Positions 11,744 through 22,632 of a stretch of DNA of 64,000 nt are shown piece after piece. A program made the translations under genes and the position numbers. How positions within the stretch are numbered: position 1 is the stretch's first letter; every line of letters starts with the position of its first letter. The stretch covers positions 96,001 to 160,000 of the forward strand of contig CAVOMX010000012.1 in the NCBI GenBank assembly GCA_963697165.1, read 5' to 3'. Under the pieces are notes generated by a model, which searched no databases, was not told the origin of the DNA, and worked only from the letters and a program-made list of their open reading frames with translations. This DNA comes from Candidatus Bathyarchaeota archaeon (GTDB taxonomy: Archaea > Thermoproteota > Bathyarchaeia > Bathyarchaeales > Bathyarchaeaceae).

Positions 11744-12724
11744 TCAATCAACTTCTGACGGTTCCAACCAGTTTCGAGACTTGAAAACGGTTTTTCTTCC
11801 CAAATTTACTTTCAAGCAACCTTCGTAAGGACACATTTCAACACATCGGAAACATAGCATGCACATTGAAGTCATTATTTTTCCCCCTTTCTGATCGTAC
11901 ACTTCAGTGACCTGCACCGGACAAACTCTCTTGCAAATTCCACATTTAGTACATTTTTTTTCGTTCTTGTTAAGATGAAGCACAGGAGCCCACCTAAAAC
12001 CCTTAAACCTATTCAGAATAGCAATCGATGATCCTGTTGGACAGAAGCGACACCAAACTCGTTTTATAAATAATGACCCTAAAATTGTCAATGCCAAGAA
12101 AATTAATGCAGTGCTTTCACTATAAAATTCGCCGGAGTATTTGATTACTTCTTGAACGTAGGGATAACTAAAAAACAATCCACTAATTTCTATTGGTCCC
12201 TTCCAGGGCACAATCAGAGGCACCGTAGGAGCCAGTAGGATTCCTAGAAGTTCAAAAGGACCCGCAAAAAGCGAGGCCATTAGAGTGAGAAGATTCAAGG
12301 ATCCGGGTGGTTCCATTAGAATCAGAAAAAAAGGTAGAATTAGAAAGAAGAGTAACAACATGTATCTGAAATTATGTAAGAACTTGTTAAGTTTATTGGG
12401 GAGGATTTGGTGACGTATTTTGAAAGCCTTTCGGATTAGAGTAAGCACGTCCATGTATAGCCCAAACGGGCAAATCCAACCGCAAAAGAATCGTCCCAAA
12501 ACAATAGGCATTATCAAAATAACTGCTAGTATAATAAGTGGCCTTATAGGATACGTAAATAAGTAAAAAAACGCAGCCAATGATGCTACTTGAGTAACAA
12601 ACTTGATATAAGTTATTTTTGTTGTCCGATTCTTTTTCCATATAATGATAACTAATATTCCTGCTATAGTCAGTCCTGCAAGTGCCGCTAACTTCAAAAA
12701 TTCTCCTATAAGTTCTATGTTCAT
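11744..12724 (-). CDS. NapH/FixG-like membrane 4Fe-4S protein
   Basis: GRFFCGWICPFG and WCRFCPTG motifs, TM helices, two C-terminal CxxCxxCxxxCP. Confidence 0.85.
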   Translation of the reverse strand: MNIELIGEFLKLAALAGLTIAGILVIIIWKKNRTTKITYIKFVTQVASLAAFFYLFTYPIRPLIILAVILIMPIVLGRFFCGWICPFGLYMDVLTLIRKAFKIRHQILPNKLNKFLHNFRYMLLLFFLILPFFLILMEPPGSLNLLTLMASLFAGPFELLGILLAPTVPLIVPWKGPIEISGLFFSYPYVQEVIKYSGEFYSESTALIFLALTILGSLFIKRVWCRFCPTGSSIAILNRFKGFRWAPVLHLNKNEKKCTKCGICKRVCPVQVTEVYDQKGGKIMTSMCMLCFRCVEMCPYEGCLKVNLGRKTVFKSRNWLEPSEVD

Positions 12725-13261
12725 GTTTATTTCGCCTTCACAATATCTGGGTAGCAAGCTGTTGTACAAAATCCTAATTGATATAATAATAGTTCAGTAA
12801 TGAACGCTTCAAAACATTGATGTGAACTTTCAGTAATCAACGGCATGTGGAGTTCTCGTGAAATTTTTAATTAAGTGAATACTAGAAGAGACCTTTTAAA
12901 TCTTAGCAATTTTTGGTGGTGTCTGCTATCGGTTAACTTTTGAGCATAACCAAATCAATTCACAAGTTACTAGAAGAGAATGAGGGTTAAACCCAATCAT
13001 CTCAATCCAAAACAAAATTTTAGATATATCAAGAATCGAGTTGCAGGTCTGTCCCTAGACCGGAATGAATCTAACATTCTGCCAAGAGATTCCTAGGTTG
13101 TGCTTGATAATGCAGCCGTCAGACCCTATTGTCAATCCATTTTTGAACAACCTTGACTCTTAGGTTTTTTTGTGTGGATGTTCCTGTTTTGTGATCCTGA
13201 ATTGTTTTTGTTGGCAAACCATATGTAACTCCCGGTAACAGATTAATTTAGGTTTAATCTA

Positions 13262-14197
13262 ATGCTTGATGATCTACTAGTCCAACTGTTAATCCTTGGT
13301 GCGTCATTGGTTATTTTGGCTTTGTCTAGTCACTACACAATAAATGCAATAGAGAAGCTTATAGCGCTTACAGGATTAAGCGATATGTCTGCAGGATTTA
13401 TTCTTCTAGCCACCTTGACTTCAGTGCCTGAAATAATTGTAGCCCTCTTTTCTGTTCTTCAAGGAGAACCTGGAATAAGTGTAGGTGATATTCTTGGCTC
13501 AAATGTTTTTAACGTCGGAGCAGTTTTGGGAATACTGGCAATGTTTGGTTACCTTAAAACCTGCTGTACAGACTTGCTGCTGGACTTGACAGACATTCTT
13601 TTTCTTACATCTTTAATTCCTTTGCTTCTTGTAATATTCAATGTGTCAAGTCCAATAGTCGGAGCACTTCTTTTGGGAACTTTTGTGGCGAACACCTATT
13701 TTATGGTAAAAAAGAGAACACCTACAGTAGAAGTTAACGGCAACTCTGAAATGGTCAAAAAGGAAGGCAAAACAAAAGTAATTGGACTGTTGAGTGTTGG
13801 TTTAGTTGGCATTATTGTTTCTGCTCGCCTAGTTGTTTCATCTGGAGTTAACCTCGCCGCTATATTAGGTGCTCCGCCAATATTGCTTGGAGCAAAAATT
13901 ATTGCTATAGGCACATCTCTTCCCGAATTTACTACTACTCTTGCAGCTGTTCGACGAAGACGCGTTCACTTGGCTATTGGAGGAATAATTGGCTCTAACT
14001 TGACAAATCTGACTCTTGTTTTGGGTTTGGTTCTTATAGCTTCTCCATCTGTTGACATAACACTCTTAACAGAAATTCTCCCGTTCCTACTGATCACAAC
14101 AGTAATCTTCTGGCGCTTTCTCACAAGAGGCGGAATCTCTAAAATCGGCGGAACACTCCTTTTGGTAACATACTTGCTGTTTCAAATCGTCATATGA
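13262..14197 (+). CDS. Na+/Ca2+ (K+) antiporter, CaCA family
   Basis: Alpha-repeats TSVPE...GSNVFN and GTSLPE...GSNLTN. Confidence 0.9.
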   Translation: MLDDLLVQLLILGASLVILALSSHYTINAIEKLIALTGLSDMSAGFILLATLTSVPEIIVALFSVLQGEPGISVGDILGSNVFNVGAVLGILAMFGYLKTCCTDLLLDLTDILFLTSLIPLLLVIFNVSSPIVGALLLGTFVANTYFMVKKRTPTVEVNGNSEMVKKEGKTKVIGLLSVGLVGIIVSARLVVSSGVNLAAILGAPPILLGAKIIAIGTSLPEFTTTLAAVRRRRVHLAIGGIIGSNLTNLTLVLGLVLIASPSVDITLLTEILPFLLITTVIFWRFLTRGGISKIGGTLLLVTYLLFQIVI

Positions 14198-14322
14198 TCT
14201 GTTAGAATCACCTTCTTATTATATAGAACAAGCTGATGATGTCGCCAAAAGCTATATTTATTAACTGAAGAACGAGACTATTCGCTGATTCGAAACCCTT
14301 TCTTTTGAGGGGAAAATTTAGT

Positions 14323-15531
14323 ATGTCCAAGCCTTTCGTAATGATTACGGCAACCGGAAAAGACAAACCGGGTTTGACAACAGAGATAACCGAGTTGATT
14401 GCTGAAGCAGACGGGAACATCATTGACATCGAAGCTTTCAGCATGAGGGGACTCTTCGCTATCTTTATGATAGTTGACTGTCGTGTAATATCAGTGTCTC
14501 TTGAGACTCTTAGAAGTCAGCTTATGGAAGTAGGAAATAAGATAGGTTTGGACGTTAACATAGAGCCTCTTCCATCTGGACGACGTAAGAGCGGCAAAAA
14601 ACTTGTGCTCTTGACAACCCTTGGAAAAGACAGGCCAGGCATAGTGGCAAAGGTTTCACGTTTTCTTTCTCAGAACAACGCAAACATTGAACGGATAAAG
14701 ATGATTGCTTATGGCGAATTAAATGCCATGGAGATACTCATTGACATTAATGACCTCACGATTTCAATCGAAGACTTCAAAGAAGCCTTGGGTAAAGAAT
14801 GTAAACTGGTTGGGCAGGATGTTGTCTTTCAGAAGGACACTGTCTTTCGGAGACCAAAACGGCTGATTGTCTTCGACGTGGACGGCACACTAATTGATGC
14901 TGAGATGATAGATGAGCTGGCGAAGGCTGCTGGAGTAGGCGGAAAAGTCAGCGAAATCACTTCAAGAGCCATGAATGGAGAGATAGAGTTCAAGCAGGCA
15001 CTCAAGGAAAGAGTTCAGTTGTTGAAGGGCTTACCTGTGGGAGTCCTCAATTCTATAGTTGAAAACTTGGATGTAACCCCGGGCGCTGAAGAACTGATAA
15101 CTGCCCTCAAAGCCCTAGGCTATAAGATAGCCCTTATTTCTGGAGGTTTCACCCAGTTTGTTGAAAAGATTAAGGAAAAACTTGGAATCGACTATGTTTA
15201 TGCCAACAAGCTTGTGATTGAAGATGGGAAGCTGACTGGCGAGGTTGTGGAGCCGATAATTGATGCGGAGCGAAAGGCTGAGTTGATGCGGGAGATAGCT
15301 GAGAAAGAGAATCTTTTGATGGAGCAGGTGGTTGCGGTGGGTGATGGGGCAAACGACAGGTTTATGCTCCAGAATTCTGGGTTAGGGATTGCTCTCTATC
15401 CTAAAGCTGTTCTTCAGAAAGTGGCGTCTGGCGTCATAACCAAGGACAACCTTGCTGGGATTCTTTACTGTCTGGGTGCACCAGAAGACAAGCTCAAAGA
15501 ATTAATTCCAGACAAGAAGCCTCATTCTTAA
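14323..15531 (+). CDS. serB: Phosphoserine phosphatase with two ACT domains
   Basis: GKDKPG and GKDRPG ACT motifs; HAD motifs FDVDGTL, SGGF, GDGAND. Confidence 0.93.
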   Translation: MSKPFVMITATGKDKPGLTTEITELIAEADGNIIDIEAFSMRGLFAIFMIVDCRVISVSLETLRSQLMEVGNKIGLDVNIEPLPSGRRKSGKKLVLLTTLGKDRPGIVAKVSRFLSQNNANIERIKMIAYGELNAMEILIDINDLTISIEDFKEALGKECKLVGQDVVFQKDTVFRRPKRLIVFDVDGTLIDAEMIDELAKAAGVGGKVSEITSRAMNGEIEFKQALKERVQLLKGLPVGVLNSIVENLDVTPGAEELITALKALGYKIALISGGFTQFVEKIKEKLGIDYVYANKLVIEDGKLTGEVVEPIIDAERKAELMREIAEKENLLMEQVVAVGDGANDRFMLQNSGLGIALYPKAVLQKVASGVITKDNLAGILYCLGAPEDKLKELIPDKKPHS

Positions 15532-15565
15532 CTATAACCTGTTGTCAAAAGCAGGTTAAAGTTTG

Positions 15566-15916
15566 TCAAGTTCTGAAGTGCCTGATTTTCAGTATGTCAT
15601 TGTTCACGTCTTGGAACGTTTTGTAGACGTCTTCCACATGCAGTGTCGACTTTTTGATTCTGTTTTGAACAAGTCCAGCTACTAGGACGGCTGCGCCCAC
15701 AGTTTCACTTATAGGAGTGGGTTCCGGAAACGTTATCAAAGTTAAGGCGATTTTGATGAGCTTAGATTTTTGTTCGCCTCTCCATAATTTTTTGGCATTG
15801 TTTGCGTCTTTAGCCATTTCATTTATAACTTCAAGAGTCTCTGTGTAGCTTAGCCCCAATTCTTGTAGCACAGTTGCCATTCTTTTCAATTCTTTTGTTT
15901 CCACGATGAACCCCAT
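15566..15916 (-). CDS. Hypothetical protein
   Basis: 116-aa ORF with ATG start and a hydrophobic hairpin (FPEPTPISETVG). Confidence 0.65.
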   Translation of the reverse strand: MGFIVETKELKRMATVLQELGLSYTETLEVINEMAKDANNAKKLWRGEQKSKLIKIALTLITFPEPTPISETVGAAVLVAGLVQNRIKKSTLHVEDVYKTFQDVNNDILKIRHFRT

Positions 15917-16406
15917 TTTTTAATAGTTTTGTTAAGATGACTGTTAGTTCCTTCTAGCACAAAAGCTTTAACACCTATAACGACTCACAAAAGCCATTTC
16001 TACACGATTCTGACCACAAAAAGTTTCAGTAAACTATGCAAAAACTGTTCCATCAAACCTCATTTTTTAACTAAAAACGCCAATTTTCTACTGAAAATTT
16101 CAGCAATTACTGAAATCTTTCATGCCTTTTTATTTTTTGTGCCAAATTTATGGGATACCCTTATTGAGCGCGCCTGAATTTGCTTTCATTTCGTAAAATT
16201 TCCGTGCATTTTAGGTGTTTCCTGGAATATTTTTCTTTTTGATGTTCAAATTTATTTAATTTTTCCTGTTTACGCACGTTTATCTGGATTTTTAACTCTT
16301 TGTTTCCATATTTTTTATGGCGGCTTTTGATTCTTCGTTATTTTGTATCCATAGTGTTAATATTCATGAAGCATCAAACATACAGAAGTTCTCAGGAGAT
16401 AGACTA

Positions 16407-16949
16407 TTGGCGGGGAAACCTATTAGTGAAGAGGTTCGGCGCAGATTTCCTCGATTAACGATGAGTTTAGTGATGGCTGTTATCTTCTATCTGATAAACA
16501 CCTTTGTTCCGAGCACGATGGAAGGTCTTAACATTCCTGGGCTCAATATAAATGCCGGCACACTAATTGGAACTATTGCTCTGCTCTTTACTGCTATCTT
16601 TCTGATACGAGCATTATCTGATGCCTTGGTGCTGAGCGACATCCTAACTGACATATTCATTAAACGTTTGGGTATCAAAGAGGAGCGGTCTCCGAAGAGG
16701 GCTGCGAGAGACCTAATATATATTATTGTCATTATTCTGGTGACAACAGCTCTTCAGCCTCTAATATCAACCCTAGAGTCGGGTGCTAGGGAACTGTTGA
16801 CAAACGTTACTATCTATATTGCTCTTGGAGTAATTCTCATCCTTATCTATGATATTGGGCGAATTCTCTATCGTATAGTCGAACGGAAAGCCGAATCTGT
16901 GGCAGATAGTCTCGCAAAAATGGCTGACAGAAACAAAAACAGTGAGTAA
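16407..16949 (+). CDS. Four-TM membrane protein
   Basis: Four hydrophobic helices; TTG start after GGAGA; overlaps the next gene. Confidence 0.7.
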   Translation: MAGKPISEEVRRRFPRLTMSLVMAVIFYLINTFVPSTMEGLNIPGLNINAGTLIGTIALLFTAIFLIRALSDALVLSDILTDIFIKRLGIKEERSPKRAARDLIYIIVIILVTTALQPLISTLESGARELLTNVTIYIALGVILILIYDIGRILYRIVERKAESVADSLAKMADRNKNSE

Positions 16950-18224
16950 AATGGACGAAGTTCAGATAATCTTCATTCTCGTCTACCTGCTAACCATTCT
17001 TCTCTCAGCTACCAAAATCGTTCCCATGTCAGTCGCTGCCATGATCGGAGCTTTGCTTACCGCATGGTTCGGTCTCCTCTACGGCGTCTTCGAATATAAT
17101 GAAGCTATGGGCTTCATCGACATTCGGCTAATCTTTCTATTGCTGGGTGTCATGATTGTTGTGGAAGTGGCTGAACGTAGCGGTCTCTTTCGTTTCGGAG
17201 CCTTATATGCCGTCAAAGTTTCGGGCGGAAACCCCCAGATACTCTTTGTTTCTATCTGTCTAATCTCTGCAGCTGTTTCAGTGTTTCTCAGCGACCCAAC
17301 AGCGATGCTGCTTATCGCCGCTGCCATGGCAACCATAACCAAGCTGTTACGTTACGATCCTGTGCCCTACTTCATTTCTGCAATGATAATGATTAATCTT
17401 GGAGGAACAAGCACCCTGATCGGCTCTGTTTCTAACATGATAATCGGTCTTCAAGCAGGACTAAGTTTTACATCATTCATTGGGTACCTAGCCGTTTGTG
17501 AACTTGCCCTCTGGGGGCTGACCATCTTCGCTTTATATATGATCTTCAGAATCAAGACTTGGCGAGAAAAAACAGTTGCCGGACTATAATCCTTGGGAGA
17601 GCGTAGAAAACAAGAAACTGTTTTACCGTTCCATTTTTATCCTCATTCTTCTTAGTCGCTCTTTTTTTGACTCTGGAAAACCTTGGAGTTGGAGCAGAAG
17701 CTGTTGCCTTGGGCTGTGCTGTCCTTGCTTTGGCTCTGAGCGGTTCTGATCCCACAGAGATTTTCAAAAAACTGGACTGGGAAACAATCTTCTTTATTGC
17801 AGGCTTCATGTTTGTGGTTGGTGGTCTAGAAAGCTCATTAATCTTGAGGGACATATCAACGCAGCTTTTCCAAACGTTTGGACAAACCCAGTTAGGAGCA
17901 AGTATGGCAACTTTGTGGTTTAGTGGTCTTGCAAGCACCACAGTAAGTAATATCGCGATTGCACTAACTTTTTCCCCGATAATCGGCGGAGTTGCCGGAT
18001 TAGGCACACCAGCCGTGTGGTCAGCGTTGATTCTCGGAACGAATCTGGGAGGCGCCACTACACCTTTGAGTGGTGCTGTAACCATGATGGGTGTAGGCGC
18101 ACTCAAACGTGAAGGGATATCTTTGAGTTTTACTGAGTTCACAAAAGTGGGTATAATCACGTCTCTTATTCAACTAGGCTTTGCAAGCTTTTATTTAGTT
18201 ATACGCTTTAATTTAGGTGCGTGA
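16942..18224 (+). CDS. ArsB/NhaD/CitMHS (ion-transporter superfamily) permease (indel at ~17550)
   Basis: NLGGTSTLIGSVSN and GTNLGGATTP repeats, DWETIFF. Confidence 0.85.
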
Positions 18225-18478
18225 ATAATTTGGTTAAAAAGTGGATTGAATCTAGAGAAATAAAACCAGAATCTGAGTATGAAGAAGCTAAAAGACAATT
18301 TGAGATGGCTATGGGAAATCCCTTTATTACGCTGATATTGGAGATTCCGACAGGATTCGAAGGATTCAACAATGAATTCCTAATGCTGGAAAAGGACGCT
18401 CAGTTCCATGAAGAAGTTCAGGACCTGATTAAAAAGCGACTCCTGTTTGATTCGCGCCGAAAAAAGATTTCTAGCTAG
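18221..18478 (+). CDS. Hypothetical protein, coupled to the transporter
   Basis: GTGA overlap with the upstream stop; 85 aa. Confidence 0.65.
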   Translation: MNNLVKKWIESREIKPESEYEEAKRQFEMAMGNPFITLILEIPTGFEGFNNEFLMLEKDAQFHEEVQDLIKKRLLFDSRRKKISS

Positions 18479-18617
18479 ACTCTGTTGTCGCCATCGATTT
18501 CTGGTTTGTTGCTCTTTTGTAAAGAGAGTAACCTGTCTTCTTTTTGTTGAACTTTAAAACCTTTTAGCTAATAGAATCTGTCCAACGGAATTTCAACTGG
18601 GCTTCTTTTCTGTGTTT

Positions 18618-19031
18618 TTATTCGTCTTCGACTAGCATTTTCTTCAGAGATTCTACTTCCTCTCGAAGAGACGATATTTCTTCCTCCAGAGTGCTGGCTT
18701 TTGTTTCTCCTGTTCTCTTGAGTTCCTCTATTTCTTCCAGAAGTTCAGCTCTTTCGTTTTTCAGTTTCTCAATTTTTTCTTTCAAGTCTCCCATCATATG
18801 TACAAGCCCTCTTTCAATTCCTTTAATTTCTTCAACCGCGCCTTTAAGATTTCCTTCCTCTTTCTCTTTTCCCAAAACCTTCAGGAACCTTTTTTCGCAT
18901 TCAGGACACATGAAAAACCCTAACGTGAGCTTGAACTGTTCGCTAGTTTTGTTGGGGCTGCCAATCATGGACCACGTTTTGATTTGGTTGATTACCTCTG
19001 TTCCACATCTGGGGCAAACTGACAACTGCAA
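18618..19031 (-). CDS. Zn-ribbon (Cren7-like) domain plus coiled-coil protein
   Basis: CPRCG...KTW...LGFFMCPECEKRF followed by a heptad-rich E/K/L tail. Confidence 0.65.
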   Translation of the reverse strand: MQLSVCPRCGTEVINQIKTWSMIGSPNKTSEQFKLTLGFFMCPECEKRFLKVLGKEKEEGNLKGAVEEIKGIERGLVHMMGDLKEKIEKLKNERAELLEEIEELKRTGETKASTLEEEISSLREEVESLKKMLVEDE

Positions 19032-19129
19032 ACCTCAATATGAGTTGAGGTTATAAGTTAAAAATTTTTTTCATATTCTACAGTGCATCCGCTAATCCCA
19101 TTGACAATCAAAACAAAAACAGTTGAATA

Positions 19130-20065
19130 TTAGAGATAGATGACAAACTGTAGACGTTCAACCAGTTCTTTATAGCGGTTCCTTATGGTTACTTCCGTCA
19201 CCTGAGCAATCTCCGCAATCTCTCTTTGCGTTTTTCTTTCTCCAGTCAAAACTGATGCAATGTAGCTGGCTGCCGCGGCTATGCCTGTCGGACCCCTTCC
19301 TGATGTGAGCTTCAGTTCCTTGGCTGTAGCAAGAATCTTGTGGGCAATCTCCTCAACCTTTCCCTGCATTGTCAACTGGTTAGAAAACTTGGTTATATAC
19401 TGGCTCGGCTTTAGCGGCGGAATGAAATAGTTTAGTTCCTTTATTAGAAAACGGTAGCTTCGTCCAACCTCTTTCTTGTTTACAGTAGACGCTTGAGCAA
19501 TCTCATCTAACGTTCTAGCCACTCCACACTGTCGGCAAGCTACGTAAATAGCGGCAGCAGTTACGCCCTGAATAGACCTTCCCCTGATGAGACGCTCTTT
19601 AACCGCTTTACGATAGATGACTGAAGCAGTTTCAAGAATGTTTTTGGGCAAATTGAGATTGTTCGCTATCTTGGATATCTCAGAAAGGGCAAAAGCAAGA
19701 TTCCTTTCTGTGGCGTCGGAGACCCTAATACGCCGTTGCCACTTCCGCAACCGGTAAATCTGAGCCTTCTGACCCGGAGCAAGTCTCTTGCCGTAAACGT
19801 CTCTGTCGTGCCAGTCGATCATGGTTGAGAGACCCTTATCATGAATTGTGAATGTAAGGGGAGCGCCTGCTCTGGCACGTTTAGCACGTTGCTCATCGTC
19901 AAATGCTCGCCACTCTGGTCCTTGATCTGCGAGTTTGGCGGCAACGACGAAGCCACAGTTCATGCAGACTATTTCAGCGCAGTCGTAGTCTCGCATGAGG
20001 CGGTTGCTTCCACATTCTGGGCAACTTCGAATTTTCGGAGGGTGCGGAATGTTTTCTTCTGTCAT
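19130..20065 (-). CDS. tfb: Transcription initiation factor IIB
   Basis: Zn ribbon CPECG..CMNCG, GPEWRAF, cyclin repeats, [13 protein letters not shown]. Confidence 0.97.
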   Translation of the reverse strand: MTEENIPHPPKIRSCPECGSNRLMRDYDCAEIVCMNCGFVVAAKLADQGPEWRAFDDEQRAKRARAGAPLTFTIHDKGLSTMIDWHDRDVYGKRLAPGQKAQIYRLRKWQRRIRVSDATERNLAFALSEISKIANNLNLPKNILETASVIYRKAVKERLIRGRSIQGVTAAAIYVACRQCGVARTLDEIAQASTVNKKEVGRSYRFLIKELNYFIPPLKPSQYITKFSNQLTMQGKVEEIAHKILATAKELKLTSGRGPTGIAAAASYIASVLTGERKTQREIAEIAQVTEVTIRNRYKELVERLQFVIYL

Positions 20066-20337
20066 CTTCTATTCCTCTTTTTTCTCCCGTCTTGGGCGGG
20101 GGCTACATAAAGAACTTGGTTTACAAGTTTCTCTGGGCTCTGGATGTTGGGTTTCACGGCCACATAGGGGGAGGATATAGGACCAAAAACATCAAAAACT
20201 GTTCCCACTGGCTTGAGTTTTTCGTTTGTGACTTCATCGCCGATGCGGGGGATGTTTTCTGCTTTAAGAATTATGTTTTTTGTGTTGCTTACGTGAAGGA
20301 CGTAACCGATTCTGTGCAAAATCCCTTTTCCCCTCAC
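20062..20337 (-). CDS. gar1: H/ACA RNP protein Gar1/Naf1
   Basis: [20 protein letters not shown]; usual gar1-tfb synteny. Confidence 0.9.
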   Translation of the reverse strand: MRGKGILHRIGYVLHVSNTKNIILKAENIPRIGDEVTNEKLKPVGTVFDVFGPISSPYVAVKPNIQSPEKLVNQVLYVAPAQDGRKKRNRR

Positions 20338-20617
20338 AAAACCTATGTTTCACACGGCTCGTTTTATTTAAACGTTTCTGAGCATATCTTTCAGTTTGCA
20401 CAACCGATTCCTATGTTTGTAGTTTTTATTCTAAATGAAAGAATTTAAGTAAAATTAATTATGATAAAATGTTTATTTGTTTACATTTTTAACAAATAAT
20501 TTCTGTATGTCTATGGGAGAAGCCATTTTAATTTAACTGCACCAAAAATTCCTCGAAACCAAAAAGTGACTACCGTAACTAATAAAACGCTCTAAGCCAA
20601 TAGCAAACCAGATAGAG

Positions 20618-20902
20618 ATGCGCAAACAAAACAAAATTTTTCTTTGGTCCGTTTACTTTGATGCAAGCAAGTCTCGAACTGATGGACGGAGGGTTCCAAA
20701 AAAGCTTGCCATATCTGCACCAAAACTGGAGGAGCTTCAGATAGCCGCAAAAAGGTTGGGTCTGCAACCTGAGATTGTATCTGGTGCTACGTATCCCAGT
20801 TGTCCATGGCAAAAAACTGGGTTAGTCATACTTCCAAAAACTGAATCGAAAGGTAAAATTTTGAAGAATATTGCAAAAGAACTTTGTAGCCTACGCCGAT
20901 AG
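20618..20902 (+). CDS. srp19: Signal recognition particle protein SRP19
   Basis: LWSVYFDASKSRTDGRRVPKKLA...YP..PW. Confidence 0.93.
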   Translation: MRKQNKIFLWSVYFDASKSRTDGRRVPKKLAISAPKLEELQIAAKRLGLQPEIVSGATYPSCPWQKTGLVILPKTESKGKILKNIAKELCSLRR

Positions 20903-20911
20903 AAATGTTTG

Positions 20912-21305
20912 TTAGTCACCCTTTTTGGCTACTAGAATCGCGTTTACGATTCCGTCTTGTCCCAGGGCGGGATGTTACGCGTGCTGTTCCCAATGACGTT
21001 GCAATCATTGTTCCTTTTGTGATTACACCTCGGCGGTCGTAGTCCACGTTTGCTGGGTTCTCCATTACGCGAAGTATATCTACTTTTGAGGTTTTTCCAG
21101 AAGCGTCAGAGATGTTTGCCTCGTTCACTTTTAGCAGTCGAACCTTTTCGTTACCTCCATGCTTTCGCATGATTTTGCTCTTGTTTTTACCCAATGCAGT
21201 TTCTGCTGGGAAGAAGCCTTTTTCATATCTTCTTTTCTTGCGGTTTAGTATTTTCTTGCCGCCAGAATTTTTGCGTTTATGTTGATCTCCGTGCCATACT
21301 GACAA
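20912..21305 (-). CDS. rps8e: 30S ribosomal protein S8e (1-nt insertion near 3' end)
   Basis: GGNEKVRL, NPANVDYDRRGVITKG, VTSRPG(QDG). Confidence 0.95.
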
Positions 21306-21371
21306 ACTTACATCATCTCATTGATATCGATGAGACTAGCAAAACTTGACATATAAGCTTATCTTCGCAGA

Positions 21372-21968
21372 CTATGTTTCCTGATTTGTTTCTGCCTTTT
21401 CTTCGGGCTTTTCTACCTCTTTGAATAAGATTTTAAGCTGACGTTTCATGGTTCGCAGTTCTAGGCTTAATCCGAAGAAGTCAGCGAAAAACTGTGTTGT
21501 TTTTATCATCCTTTTTTTTCCGACGCCTTCGCGGTTGATCAGTTCCATGGCTTCTAGTTGTTTAAGGTGACCATAGGAGTGGTGTCCTCTAACGTCGACG
21601 ACTTGTGTTTGAAGGATTGGTTGTCTAAATGCAATATATGATAAAGTTTTTAGTGGACCTGCAGACAGGAGCGGTCTTGTGGATAACTTTCTAACTTTGC
21701 CTGTGTACTCGGCTTTCAGTTGCATAACGAATCGTTCCCCTTCAAGTTCAAGGATTTCAAGGGCTGTGTTACGGTTCTTGTAGTTCTCCGCTAAAGTTTT
21801 TGCGAGTTTTCTTACCCTTTTTTTCGAGTTGGTCCCTGCTACACTTGCCAATGTCTTAAGGTCAAGGGGGCGTCCTGCCACGTAGAGGCCTGCTTCCATT
21901 AAGGCTAATTGATGAGCGATTTTTTCTTTTTTTTCTGTTTCAGATTGGTTCTGTTCGTTTTCCATCAA
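21372..21968 (-). CDS. scpB: Segregation and condensation protein B
   Basis: EAGLYVAGRP, LKTLSYIAFRQP, TTQFFADFFGL. Confidence 0.92.
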   Translation of the reverse strand: MMENEQNQSETEKKEKIAHQLALMEAGLYVAGRPLDLKTLASVAGTNSKKRVRKLAKTLAENYKNRNTALEILELEGERFVMQLKAEYTGKVRKLSTRPLLSAGPLKTLSYIAFRQPILQTQVVDVRGHHSYGHLKQLEAMELINREGVGKKRMIKTTQFFADFFGLSLELRTMKRQLKILFKEVEKPEEKAETNQET

Positions 21969-22632
21969 AGACAGGGTCTCCTATGACTGTTATGTACAAT
22001 TCTTCCATTTCTTCCTCTTGCCATAACCCTATCTTTCCTCTTTGGGCAAGAAACAAGAGAATTATGAATGTTTTAACTGCTTCAATATTTTCTAATCCCG
22101 CAACGAGTTTTGAGAATGCTACCAGTTCTCCCGTGCCTATGAGTTGGCAGAGTTGATCGTAAAGGGTCTTCATGTGGTCTTCGATTTGAAGCAAATACAT
22201 GTCAAGTGGTGGAAGTATTTCTGGGGCGGGCAAGATTGGTTCTGACAGTTTTGGAGGGCGTATGCTCTCGCCTTTTAGTACCTCATCTAGTACATTCAAC
22301 AGGTTGTCTATGGTGGTTGAGGATAACTCGTAACGAAGAGGAAGGAACATGGGCGGAGGAATAAAATCTGGTAGCGCTTTGGGTGTTGGCGGGGGCTCCT
22401 CCAGTTTTAGTAACAGTTTGGTTTTTCTGAGGTATATTGTGCTGGAGGACTCTAATGCCATGCCTGATGCTCTAAAGTCTACTTCGCCTTGCTGTTCCAT
22501 CTCCTTCAAGAACATTGTTAGGAGATAAGAAATGTTGACTTCCCACGGCATTACCTTCTCTAATCTGTGAATCTCAAAGAGTATACTCAATGGAGGATGG
22601 AAATAGAACGGTTTTTTCATGGTTTTTGGCAT
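21940..22632 (-). CDS. scpA: Segregation and condensation protein A (kleisin)
   Basis: PWEVNI, FIILLFLAQRGKI..QEE; lies between smc and scpB. Confidence 0.88.
   Translation of the reverse strand: MPKTMKKPFYFHPPLSILFEIHRLEKVMPWEVNISYLLTMFLKEMEQQGEVDFRASGMALESSSTIYLRKTKLLLKLEEPPPTPKALPDFIPPPMFLPLRYELSSTTIDNLLNVLDEVLKGESIRPPKLSEPILPAPEILPPLDMYLLQIEDHMKTLYDQLCQLIGTGELVAFSKLVAGLENIEAVKTFIILLFLAQRGKIGLWQEEEMEELYITVIGDPVFDGKRTEPI

Noticed and set aside
12780..13260. Long intergenic region as a pseudogene or ncRNA
   Set aside because: The frames I read gave no recognisable motif or convincing structure.
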